64,000 bases of DNA from Tubulanus polymorphus (taxonomy: Eukaryota; Animalia; Nemertea). The first letter of the stretch is position 1, and the number at the start of each line of letters is the position of its first letter. The notes under the pieces are model-generated. The model did not search any database. It was not told the origin of the DNA and was given only the letters and a program-made list of their open reading frames with translations. Below, in pieces: positions 49,795 to 62,256 of the stretch. The stretch covers positions 1 to 64,000 of the forward strand of contig NC_134029.1 of assembly GCF_964204645.1 (NCBI RefSeq). The letters run 5' to 3'. Position numbers and translations under genes: made by a program.

Positions 49795-50500
49795 CGTTGA
49801 TTGTGAACGGGATTATGCTATTCAGAAATACTGCAGAGTTATTGATGCGAGAGGTGTACAATAAAATGAATATACAAGTTGGTCGCCACAACATCGGGGA
49901 CTTGACATAAAACCAGAGCTCATCCAAAACAAGAAACGACCAGAGCAGAATTTGTATATATTTAATTCAGAAAAATTACAAAATATTTCATACAGACCAT
50001 ATATAAATTTGTCCACGAATAAAATCTCAAGTGAATCATGTATGAATTAATTTCCAAACATGAGTGATTCAAAAACTAGTTTATCAATAAAAAAACACTT
50101 CAAAATTCAGATATAAAAATAGTTCAAGGACTAGAGAAAAGTCTAGTTGTGATCCTTGTTATTAGAATGGTTCTTATCTATGGAACGATTCATCAATAAT
50201 CACAGAGCTATTAAAATTATACATGAGTAGTTTGATTATCACGGTACCAGTAATATAGACAGACAGACAAACCACTGCCCAAATTCAAGCAAAAATGTTC
50301 CGATGTTTCATTCAACTTTCAATGAAATTTCATTTGACCAAAGTCTAGATTTGAACTGTATCAAAGTGTGTTCCAAAACGACCAGATTTAAACTGACTTT
50401 TTATGGCCGTATTGAATTGAGCTGAGTTTAAAATCTGTTCCAAAAAGATTTAACAGAAACAGACTTTACTGATATTTGATTTAATCGTAAGAAGTTGTAT

Positions 50501-52349
50501 TTATTTCATTTTTCTACTGGCAGCAGTTTGATGTCTGGTAACAGACAGCGTCCCAGCAACGCACGCGACCTGTTTACCGTTAGTTGACAGACGCGCTGTA
50601 ACTCTGAAATCACCATCAGCTAAAGCAGCAGGAATGGAACTATCATTGATGTAAACCTGATATGACGGAAGTCTGTATCGACCCTATATAAATAGACACA
50701 ACATTCAAATAACTGACACATAAAAACCCACAGTAAATATGTAGAGAACTTTATTTTCTATAAGTTTTTGACATGTTTACTGTGGGATAACAGTTCACTA
50801 CAGTCAGTCAAATAACTATTCATCAAACAGTACATTATATTCCATGTGGTGACGAACGCCAGTTTCAACTAAATCCTAATCTTCTGGGGCCAGTTTTATA
50901 AACTGGTACCATTTTTAACCTGCTGGTTAACTCAATTGAAAATGAATTGAGTTAATCCCCGGGTTTAAGTCAATACCAGTCTATAAAACTGGCCCCAGGA
51001 TTACTGATTGAACGAATAATTCAGCATTTCTAAAGATGACTATTACGATATAGTCAAAATGTCGAATAAAATAAACTATTAGCTTAAAGGAAACATTATG
51101 GACTTATCATCACTAGTGCAGGATTCTAAAACAGTCAAATAGATTATCCACCAATAGGTGGCAACACTTACCGGTTTGAACGGGCATCTACAGGGTATTT
51201 TGTAAGAGCTGAATGGTGGAGGGCACTGTCCACCAGGGGGCGACGGTATCATTGAGCAGATATCGTTATAAGTACAAGAACCTACATTACTGATACAAGG
51301 AATTTCTATCCAGAAAAGAACACGCTTTTCTATTTTCAATTCAGCCTTAAAAAAAACAAAAATATTCACAGTTTGAAGGTAAAATATATCAGATTATAAA
51401 TACTGGAATTAGCCACACGTACCTTCAACGGTGCAACAATAGGGGCGGAAAAAGTGACATCAAATCCGACGTTAGCGTTACCGGGTAGATTTAACGGGTC
51501 TGGACTAACAGACGCGGAATTCACTTTTATTGCGTCAGTTCCCGGACCACAATTACTCCAGGAAAATCCATTCACTTGTATTTCAGTTTCACCGTAATAT
51601 TTCCTCTAAATATACACCACAAAGCGGTTAATGTCTCTTTCAACCTGACTTGAGAGCATTCCGGGTGGCCTAGCTCAGTCAGTTATGGTAGTACATACCT
51701 GATAAAGGTCTTAATAGGACGAGAAAGGACTGGCAGTTGACCTAAATCATCATTTTTTAATCCATTTGAAACTGTATTGAAGGATATCCAAAAAGTCTTC
51801 ACTGAAAGGGGTTAAATGAAGAGAAGTGACTCCATGATTTGAAAGTTTAACAATATGTCTCCATGCCTACCAACTGAAGTTTGGTATGTAGGCATGGAGA
51901 CATATTGTTAAACTTTCAAATCATGGAGTCACTTCTCTTCATTTAACCCCTTTCAGTGAAGACTTTTTGGATATCCTTCAATACAGTTTCAAATGGATTA
52001 AAAAATGATGATTTAGGTCGACTGCCTTTCCTTTCTGGTCCTATTAAGACCTTTATCAGGTATGTACTGCCAAAACTGACTGAGCTAGGCCACCCGGAAT
52101 GCTCTCAAGTCAGGTTGAAATAGACATTAGCAGTTAGAGAGACTCGAAATCGAATAATTTTTCACCGGTCGGCGAAATAATTAATTAATTTACCTTGACA
52201 AAGCTGGCCTTCTTTAAAATTGTGAATAAATCATCGTTAGGTTGAATATTCAATGATGATTGGTCGAATTGATCGACTAGATCAGCACCAACTGCAGCAG
52301 CAGCAGCAACGACTAGAAACAGAACAGTTTGAACCGGTTTGACAGCCAT
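50501..52349 (-). CDS. GM2A: GM2 ganglioside activator-like ML-domain lipid-binding protein; exons 52349-52194, 51605-51423, 51345-51172, 50683-50501
   Basis: Signal peptide; FSWSNCG; VSPDPLNLPG; WIEIPCISNVGSCTYNDIC; IPCRCPFKPGRYRLP; all joins are phase 0. Confidence 0.9.
50884..50998. mobile_element. Palindromic MITE-like element (GM2A intron 3)
   Basis: CTGGGGCCAGTTTTATAAACTGGTA ... TACCAGTCTATAAAACTGGCCCCAG, plus inner inverted repeat TTAACTCAATT/AATTGAGTTAA. Confidence 0.75.
51631..52127. mobile_element. 497-bp fold-back element (two about 240-bp inverted arms) in GM2A intron 1
   Basis: Arm 51631-51870 is the near-exact reverse complement of 51888-52127; flanks are TA/TA, or AAGCGGTTA/TAGCAGTTA (7/9). 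Confidence 0.9.
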
Positions 52350-52945
52350 CTTATCCGGCACTGGATCGATCAGGGGAATCAGCTGATCAATTCAATCCCT
52401 TCTGAAACGACATATACAAACTTAGCATAGATTATTAACTATTTAGAATACAGAGATCAATAACACACATATCACATTTAGTTTAATGAATCTAAAGAGG
52501 TTTAGATGTATAGAAATGCTAAATAAGTTTATTTCATATTCTCATCGTTTCATACAGAGAGTTTTGTGCTTGAAGCGAATTTTCACAAACCCATGACAGT
52601 CCGAATCTGCCGCGTCTTTAGCCTCTATACCGATGTATTACTACTCAAGTCATGGCAGATAATTGCACACAAATAACAAAGCGCCACTTATCAAAATTTT
52701 AAAACTGTATTGTATGAAACGATTTATTCAAATTAGCTTAAATTTGCAGGAAATTAATTGTGTATGCGCTCGATTTGAGTATTTAGATCAGATTTTCTTT
52801 GAAAAGAGAGGTTTTGATCAGTTTGAATAAGTTGAATTTCGACATTTCAGTAAATAAATTCAGTTTTATGAAAGGCGGAAGTAAAACGTGCATGTTGTTT
52901 GTAACTTATCGATAAAAACAGCTGTTTGTCGCGTGAAATAGAATA

Positions 52946-55900
52946 ATGGGCAAACCAAAAAAGGGAAAGAAAGGAAAAGCTGACGACGATAATCTGTAGG
53001 TGTTAATCCCTAAGAGAGATTATTCCAAATAATCCGCTTTAATCCGTAAACAGAACCCGGTTCGATTAATGTATAGTCTGTGTGTACCGCGCTTAGATTC
53101 ATTAACTGAAACATATTGTAGAAAATAAACGCGAGAAAAATATAAACTAACTTCAGTTTCATGAAACAACAAAACACAGAAATATTCGTTCAATCATTTA
53201 CAGATTTCATCATTTAGAGTTCTTATAAATCAAGGAATTTGGACTGCTTTCTTGATTGAAAACTTTTGGCTTTTTGAAAAGCAATTTTTGGTGTCTTGTT
53301 GATGTGATGAATGACATAAGGAACCTCTTCATAAGAAACAGCCTCCACTTATTTTGAGATCTTATAATTTACTCAAGGAAGGGTCCTTAGGGGGAATGAT
53401 TCTGGATTCTGAAAGGAACCCTAGATAGCAAGGTATTAGTCCATATTTTGATTGATAATTCTAATTTATGCAGCGATGATGATCTGCCAGCGGAACTAGT
53501 GGCTAAATTAAACCTGAATAATGACGATGAAAGCAATGATGAGGAAGAAATCATCGCTATTTCTAAACCTAAAAAGAAAGAAAAGGTTCGTCTAAATTCT
53601 CTTCAACTGTTAAAATGTATGTAAAACTTGTGGTTTTTTTCAAAAATTTATTTTTTATTTTGATGAATTTTCCAGAAGAAGAAAGTGAAGATAATATTAT
53701 CAGCTGATGAGGAGGATAATGAAGATGATGGTTTGTTTGAGGCGTTGAATATGATACCAGCAGGAAATGCTGCTGCAGCTGGATTCAGTATGTTAGATAT
53801 GTTATCAGATGCTGAGGACAGTGAGGTAAACACTCACTTGTTACCCCCTCTGAACACCCCCTCTAAACACCCCCTCAAAACACCCCTTTATCCCCCGCCT
53901 GGAACATCTCCATTCTCCTTTAACTCCCTCCCTCTAAAACACTCCCCCTCCCCCAAAAAAACCCATCTTTTATTCCCAGACAGAATTATGTATATCAGTG
54001 ATTAAATTACAGAAAGAATCTGAAGAAGAATCTCCTAAAATCGTCATCAAACAAGAACCGAAAAAATCCAACAAAAAGAAAGATAAGAAGAAAAAAGAGA
54101 AATCAGCGGCCGATGAAGATTTAGACGCGTTGTTAGCCGAAATAGAATCGGCACCGGTTAAAAAAACTGGCAAAAAAAAGAAAAAGGAAAAAATAGCGGA
54201 AGAAGAAGATTTAGACTCGATACTTGCTGAAATAGAGGCTGAAACGTCGGGGGTCAAAGAGTCACCAGAGGGCGTGGTCAAACAGGATGAGACAGTTGTA
54301 ACCGGGGAAGATGCGGTAACTGTCGCCGATAACGACGATGGTGATGAGGTTAAAACAATGAAAACAGCAGCTCAGAAACGCAAAGAGAAGAAAGAGAGAG
54401 AGAAAGAGAAAAGAAGAGAAGAGGGGAAGAAGGTAAGAGAGAGAGAGGAGGAGAGAGGGAGGGAGAGAGAGAGGGAGGAGGAGAGAGGGGAGGGAGAGAA
54501 AATGTGAGGATTATTAATTACTATTGGTGGTGTGTTTAACTTTGATTCTTATTTTCTTTCAGAAAAAAGCAAATGAAGCAAATAAGGAGCCAGAATCAGC
54601 AGCAGCAGCAGCAGCAGCAGCAGCTACAGCAGCAGGTACTACAGATACAGCTGCTGCTGAGATAGAGGTGGAGGTAGCTGAGGTTAAACCAGCTGCAGAT
54701 GCCGGGGAAGACGCTGAACCAACTGAAGAGAAAGAGGACAGTAAGAAAAAGAAGAAAAAAGATAAGAAAAAAGCTAAACTGGAAGCAGAGAAGGAGAAAG
54801 AAAAGGAGAAAGAGAAGGAGAAAGGAGGGAAGAAAAAAATGGGAAAATCAACGGTTCGTAAATAAATGGATGAAATGGAGAATTAGTTAATGAATAACGA
54901 GTGTTAATTGTGTTGTTAATTGTTTGTAGCTGTTAGCGATGCAAGAGGCTTTGAGAAAAGCTAAAGAAGAAGAAGAAAGATTAAAAAGAGAAGAGGAAGA
55001 GAGAATAAGGAAAGAGGAAGAAGCGATAAAGAAAAAAGAAGAGCAGGTTTGTAATGTGTGATTTCATTCAGGGATCTGGAGGCAGAACAGAGACTTTCAC
55101 ATCTGAAAACAGCAGCATACGACGTACTCCTGCACCAACTAGTCCTGCAAGTCCTCCTGAATCTGCCAGATCTCCAATCAGTCAATGATGGGGGTTCTGT
55201 AATTTATTGCGTGTGAATTGTCCGTTTTCAGGAAAGACTTGAAAAGGAAAGAAAAGAAAAGATAAAACAAAAGAAAACAGAAAGCTGACAGACGACGAGC
55301 TATGCAGATGTTAGAAATGATGAAACAACAGGGTAAGGAATGGAGTGAGAGGGGAGGGAGGGGAGCTGAGCAGGGGGAGGAGGTGTGGAGGTAAGGGGAG
55401 TAGAGCAGGGGGAGGAGGTGTGGAGGTGAGGGGAGCTGAGCAGGGGGAGGAGGTGTGGAGGTGAGGGGAGCTGAGCAGGGGGAGGAGGTGTGGAGGTAAG
55501 GGGAGTAGAGCAGGGGAGGAGGTGTGGAGGTGAGGGGAGTAGAGCAGGGGGAGGAGGTGTGGAGGTAAGGGGAGTAGAGCAGGGGGAGGAGGTGTGGAGG
55601 GAGGGGAGTAGAGCAGGGGAGGAGGTGTGGAGGGAGGGGAGCTGAGCAGGGGGAGGAGGTGTGGAGGTAAGGGGAGTAGAGCAGGGGGAGGAGGTGTGGA
55701 GGGAGGGGAGTAGAGCAGGGGGAGGAGGTGTGGAGGGAGGGGAGTAGAGCAGGGGGAGGAGGTGTGGAGGGAGGGGAGTAGAGCAGGGGAGGAGGTGTGG
55801 AGGTGAGGGGAGTAGAGCAGGGGGAGGAGGTGTGGAGGTTAGGGGAGCTGAGCAGGGGGAGGAGGTGTGGAGGTGAGGGGAGTAGAGCAGGGGGAGGAGG

Positions 55901-57455
55901 TGTGGAGGTGAGGGGAGCTGAGCAGGGGGAGGAGGTGTGGAGGTGAGGGGAGCTGAGCAGGGGGAGGAGGTGTGGAGGTGAGGGGAGCTGAGCAGGGGGA
56001 GGAGGTGTGGAGGTGAGGGGAGCTGAGCAGGGGGAGGAGGTGTGGAGGTGAGGGGAGCTGAGCAGGGGGAGGAGGTGTGGAGGTGAGGGGAGCTGAGCAG
56101 GGGGAGGAGGTGTGGAGGTGAGGGGAGTAGAGCAGGGGGAGGAGGTGTGGAGGTGAGGGGAGTAGAGCAGGGGGAGGAGGTGTGGAGGTGAGGGGAGTAG
56201 AGCAGGGGGAGGAGGTGTGGAGGTGAGGGGAGCTGAGCAGGGGGAGGAGGTGTGGAGGTGAGGGGAGCTGAGCAGGGGGAGGAGGTGTGGAGGTGAGGGG
56301 AGCTGAGCAGGGGGAGGAGGTGTGGAGGTGAGGGGAGCTGAGCAGGGGGAGGAGGTGTGGAGGTGAGGGGAGTAGAGCAGGGGGAGGAGGTGTGGAGGGA
56401 GGGGAGTAGAGCAGGGGGAGGAGGTGTGGAGGTGAGGGGAGTAGAGCAGGGGGAGGAGGTGTGGAGGTGAGGGGAGCTGAGCAGGGGGAGGAGGTGTGGA
56501 GGTGAGGGGAGCTGAGCAGGGGGAGGAGGTGTGGAGGTGAGGGGAGTAGAGCAGGGGGAGGAGGTGTGGAGGTGAGGGGAGCAGGATTGGGTTTTAATGT
56601 GTTTTGTATGTTATATAGGTATCGAAATCCCGATGAAAGTAGAAAACTCAGAACAACAACAGAAAAAAACACGAGTTCGTTACGAGCACAAACCTAAACG
56701 CAAACAACAACAACAGCAGCTACATAAACAAACATCACAGGAAGAACCAGGTAAGAGATTGAGAGGGAGAGTGAGAGTGAGATAAGGGAGAGTGAGAGTG
56801 AGAGATGAGAGTGAGATAAGGGAGAGTGAGAGTGAGATAAGTGAGAGGGAGAGTGAGAGGGAGAGTGAGAGTGAGAGATGAGATAAGGGAGAGGGAGAGG
56901 GAGAGGGAGAGGGAGGGGGAGGGGGAGGGAGAGGGAGAGGGAGAGGGAGAGGGAGAGTGAGAGATGAGATAAGGGAGAGGGAGAGAGAGAGGGAGAGGGA
57001 GAGGGAGAGGGAGGGGGAGGGGGAGGGGGAGAGGGAGAGGGAGAGGGAGAGGGAGAGGGAGAGTGAGATAAGGGAGAGTGAGAGGGAGAGTAAGAGTGAG
57101 ATAAGGGAGAGTGAGAGTGAGATAAGTGAGAGGAAGAGTGAGGGAGAAGGGAGAGAGTGAGAGTGAGGGAGAGGGAGAGGGAGGGGGAGGGGAGGGGGAG
57201 GGGAGAGCCAGGAGAGCCAGGAGAGGGAGGAGAGGGAGAGAGGGAGGAGAGGGAGAGGGAGGGAGAGGGAGAGAGTGAGAGTGAGGGAGAGGGAGAGGGA
57301 GAGGGAGGGGAGAGGGAGAGGGAGAGGGAGAGAGAGATGTGAAAGAGTAGTTTCAGTTTGTTGTTAACATGTTGATTATGTTTGAATAAATCCAGTGAAA
57401 AAAGAAGATTCATCAGAGAAAGAATCACCATCAGAAGAGACAGCACCTGCTGCAC

Positions 57456-57488
<33 letters not shown>

Positions 57489-60400
57489 AAGAGAATGGTT
57501 CTGTTAAAGATGCATGGGATGATGAAGAGGATGTAAAGGATTCTTGGGATCAGGAAGATGAACCAGAAAAACCTACAACAATTGATGATAAACCGGAACC
57601 AACAACTGTAGAAGAAAGTAAAGGTAGAAACAATGATCCGGGCTGAGGGGGCGGGTACAGGTGTCCGGGCGGGAAGAGGGGTACAGGTGTCCGGGCTGAG
57701 GGGGGCGGGCATAGGTGTCCGGGCGGGCATAGGTGTCCGGGCGGGAAGAGGGGTACAGGTGTCCGGGCGGGAAGAGGGGTACAGGTGTCCGGGCGGGAAG
57801 AGGGGCATAGGTGTCCGGGCGGGCATAGGTGTCCGGGCGGGAAGAGGGGTACAGGTGTCCGGGCGGGAAGAGGGGTACAGGTGTCCGCGCGGGAAGAGGG
57901 GTACAGGTGGGGCAGGTCTCTGGGTGGGGCAGGCTGGCATTGTGGTCATTTGTGAGGTTTGAGTTGAATACTTATCAAACTATTACAGCGAAAACACAGC
58001 AACAGGAAGAACAAGAGGAAGAAGATGAAAGCGATGAGGAGAGCGATGAAGAAGAGGAGGAAGAGGAAAGTGACGAGAGTGAAGAAGAGGAAAGTGACGA
58101 GAGTGAAAGCGAAGAGGAAGATTTAACTCCCAGAGAAAGAGCTCAATTACGTATTCATGTATGTTACCCGCGGCAACTACCGAATAAACATCATTGTTGT
58201 ATTTGAATATGATGAAGTTGCTATAGAAACATGTTATTGTTGTGTGATTGTTATAGAAACGTCAAGAAGCGAATGAGAAGAAGAGAACGACCGACGTATT
58301 ACGAGCTCCGGTTGTTTGCGTACTCGGACACGTAGATACCGGAAAAACGAAAATATTAGATAAAGTAAGAATATTTTACGGCGTTTATTTTTTGAGAGAT
58401 AGAATTATAATTAGATACGTGTGTTATAGTTACGTAGGACGAATGTACAGGATGGAGAAGCAGGAGGTATAACTCAACAAATTGGTGCTACTAATGTTCC
58501 GGCTGATTGTATCCGAGAACAAACTAAAATGTGTAAAGAATTCCAGAAATTAGAACTTCTTTTGCCGGGTCTCCTCATCATAGATACTCCGGGACACGAG
58601 TCTTTCAGGTAACCTACTCTATAGAGATTACTGTAATTTGAGATGTTACTGATTTACCGTTGTAAGATGTTACCGTAATTTGAGATATTGTTGTTTCAGT
58701 AATTTGAGATCTCGAGGTTCATCTCTATGTGATATAGCTATTTTAGTAGTCGATATAATGCACGGTTTAGAACCACAAACTATCGAATCAATCAATCTCC
58801 TGAAACAGAGAAAAACTCCTTTCATCGTCGCGCTCAATAAGGTCTGGTGGTTCTCATTTCAAAAATCGGCTGATTTTTTTAACCGATTCGATTGTTGTAA
58901 TTAACTGGTTGTTGATTGATTTATAGATCGATCGTTTATTTCAATGGAAAACTAGTCCTCACACTGATGTTCAAAATACGATCAAAAAACAATCGAAGGT
59001 CACTCGAGATCAGTTCGATGAACGCACGAAAGAAGTTATCTTACAGTTTGCTGAACAGGTAACCAGTCCAACTATGTATATCATAAAGTAACCAGTCCAA
59101 CGTATTCCATAATACAATACCAGGAGCCAGTTCTAGATTTTTCAGTTAAAAAAAACATTGAAAATGAACTTAATTTCAACTCTTCAGTAAAACTTTACCC
59201 AGAGACTTCGGAACTGAAAGCTGTCTCATACTGAAAACTATCTAATACTGAAAGCTGTCTAATACTGAAAACTGTCTAATACTCGATGCTGTCTAATACT
59301 CGATGCTGTCTAATAACCGATGCTGTCTAATAGTCGATGCTGTCTAATACTCGATGCTGTCTAATACTCGATGCTGTCTAATACTGAAAGCTGTAGATTT
59401 CCTGATTGTATCATGTTATCAAATAATTCTCTAATGAATATTTTTCAGAGTTTAAATGCTGCTTTATTCTACGAAAATAAAAACCAGCGAGAATTTGTCT
59501 CATTAGTTCCGACGTCAGCGCACTCTGGTGACGGAATGGGGAACCTGATAGCGCTGATTTGTGAACTCACTCAAACTATGCTCGCTAAAAAAGTGTCTTA
59601 TACCGATGAATTACAGGCGACAGTAATGGAGGTAACATTCAGTATACACCACTAACGCAGAGCGTTTAAAATTCAAATTATAACTAATTTCATTGTTGTA
59701 ATTACAGGTAAAAGCGTTGCCAGGTCTGGGTACGACTATAGATGTTATATTAGTTAATGGACGACTAAAAGAGGGCGACACTGTTGTCCTAGCGGGACAG
59801 GAAGGACCAATCACGACACAAATTAGAGGATTATTGATGCCTCAACCGATGAAAGAATTGAGAGTGAAGGTAAGATAACCGATTTGCTCCCTCCTCTCCC
59901 TACCACTCCCCCTGCCTCCCTCCCCTCCCTACCACTCCCCTGCCTACCACTCCCTCCCCCTGCCTCCCACTCCCTATCACTCCCCTGCCTCGTACTCCCT
60001 CCCCTCCCGATCACATCCCTGCCTCCCACTCCCTCTCCTCCCGATCACTTCCCTGCCTCCCACTCCTCCTCTGGATCACTTCCCTGCCTCCCACTCCCTC
60101 CCCTCCCTACCGCTCCCCCTGTCTAGCACTCCCCTGCCTCCCACTCCCGATCATTTCCCTGCCTCCCACTCCCTCCTCTTGCCTACCACTCCCTCCCCTC
60201 CCACTCCCTTTCATGCTCCCCACTCATTCTCACTGTTATTTGATTACATGTTTTTAGAATCAGTACATGAAGTATAAAGTGGTTCCTGCAGCTCAAGGAG
60301 TAAAAATCATCGCTAAAGATTTAGATAAAAGTCTCGCAGGGTTACCGCTTTACGTCGCTCATCATCAGGATGAGATCGAACTTCTCAAGGTCAGTGGATC

Positions 60401-62256
60401 CACTCTCTCTGTTGGTCACTATCGGTTACGGCAGTATTTAACTGTGTTTGATTGTTTATATTACAGGATGATGTTTCCGTCCAACTGAAGAATGTATTAA
60501 ATGCTATCAAACTAAGAGAACGAGGTGTTTACGTTCAAGCTTCAACTTTAGGTTCAATGGAAGCTTTACTAGAATTCCTTCGTACGTCCAAAATTCCTGT
60601 AAGTTTATTACACAAACCTTTCTCATCCACCTGGATCCACTTCCACAGTTGTGTGAGTTAGAGTTAACTCTGAACTCTGGATCCAGTTCGACAGTTGTGT
60701 GAGTTAGAGTTAACTGTGAACTCAAGATACAGTTCCACAGTTGTGAGATAGAGTTAACTCTGAACTCTGGATCCAGTTCCACAGTACCGAGTTACAACTG
60801 TGGAACTGGATCCAGAGTTACAGAGTCCTTATTGTTTTCTGGTACATCATAGCGATTAACTTTAACATTGAAGCTATCTTTGTAACATTGAAGCTATAAC
60901 TTTAACATTGAAACTATCTTTGTAACATTGAAGCTATAACTTTAACATTGAAGCTATCTTTGTAACATTGAAGCTATAACTTTAACATTGAAGCTATCTT
61001 TGTAACATTGAAGCTATAACTTTAACATTGAAACTATCTTTGTAACATTGAAGCTATAACTTTAACATTGAAACTATCTTTGTAACATTGAAGCTATAAC
61101 TTTAACATTGAAGCTATCTTTGTAACATTGAAGCTATAACTTTAACATTGAAGCTATCTTTGTAACATTGAAGCTATAACTTTAACATTGAAGCTATCTT
61201 TGTAACATTGAAGCTATAACTTTAACATTGAAGCTATCTTTGTAACATTGAAGCTATAACTTTAACATTGAAGCTATCTTTGTAACATTGAAGCTATGTT
61301 TGTAACATTGAAGCTATGTTTGTAACATTGAAGCTATAACTTTAACATTGAAGCTATGTTTGTTTTACAGTATGCAGGTATAAGTATTGGTCCAGTACAT
61401 AAAAAAGATGTAATGAAAGCTTCAATAATGTTAGAACACGATGAACAGTGAGTGTTAGCATTTCTTCACAAACGATGTCAACCTACGTTCAATCCCCCAA
61501 TGATGTCATCGATTGTCATTGTAGGTATGCGGTGATATTAGCGTTTGATGTGAAAGTAGAGAGAGACGCTCAGGATTTAGCGGATAGCGTCGGAGTTACG
61601 ATCTTCACCGCCGAAATCATTTATCATTTATTCGATAAATTTATAAAATATAAAGACGACTATAAACAGAAGAAGAAAGAACAATTCGCCCACATGGCCG
61701 TGTTTCCTGCTAAAATTCGTGTTCTTCCACAATTTATATTTAACAGCCGAGATCCGATAGTTGTAGGTGTTTGTATCGAGGATGGAACTATTAAAATAGG
61801 AACTCCTTTGTGCGTTCCTTCTAAAGAGGTCAGTTAATAACCCGGTTCAGTAAACACCGTCAATCTGATTTATATTCTCATAAACTGTAATGTAATATTG
61901 TATTTTTAGTTCGTTGAAATCGGGCGAATATCCAGTATAGAATTGAATCATAAACCGCAAGATTCCGCTAAAAAAGGGCAGGAAGTTTGTATCAAAATAG
62001 AACCAGTACCGGGTGAAGCTCCTAAAATGTATGGCAGACATTTTGATAATACGGATATGATAATGAGTATGGTATGTATTGATTAATACGGTGTATTGTG
62101 TATGAATACGAGGAATACAGGTTTAATATATCGATATATCATTTTCAGATATCTCGTGAATCGATAGATGCTTTAAAGGATTATTTCCGAGATGAAATGT
62201 CTAAAACTGACTGGCAACTGATCATGGAGCTGAAGAAAATATTCCAAATCATGTAG
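52946..62256 (+). CDS. EIF5B: Eukaryotic translation initiation factor 5B (apparent frameshifting deletion in exon 55232-55332)
   Basis: Charged N-terminus; [21 protein letters not shown]; [13 protein letters not shown]; DTPGHESF; ALNKID; [10 protein letters not shown]; [19 protein letters not shown]; C-terminal [31 protein letters not shown]. Confidence 0.97.
55358..56582. repeat. About 35-bp G-rich minisatellite, 1.2 kb (EIF5B intron)
   Basis: Unit GAGGGGAGCTGAGCAGGGGGAGGAGGTGTGGAGGT; a GA-rich polypurine tract fills the next intron (56760-57337). Confidence 0.97.
60631..60815. mobile_element. Rearranged MITE-like element with CTGGATCCAGTTCCACAGTT termini (EIF5B intron)
   Basis: CTGGATCCACTTCCACAGTTGT ... 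ACAACTGTGGAACTGGATCCAG inverted ends, with internal repeats of the left end. Confidence 0.6.
60858..61360. repeat. 40-bp higher-order repeat built from two 20-bp subunits (EIF5B intron)
   Basis: AACTTTAACATTGAAGCTAT alternating with CTTTGTAACATTGAAGCTAT. Confidence 0.95.

Noticed and set aside
55072-55198. Coding-looking stretch in the EIF5B intron as a frame-restoring exon
   Set aside because: It would need a 25-nt upstream intron, has a TGA in the required frame, and does not encode the missing conserved segment.
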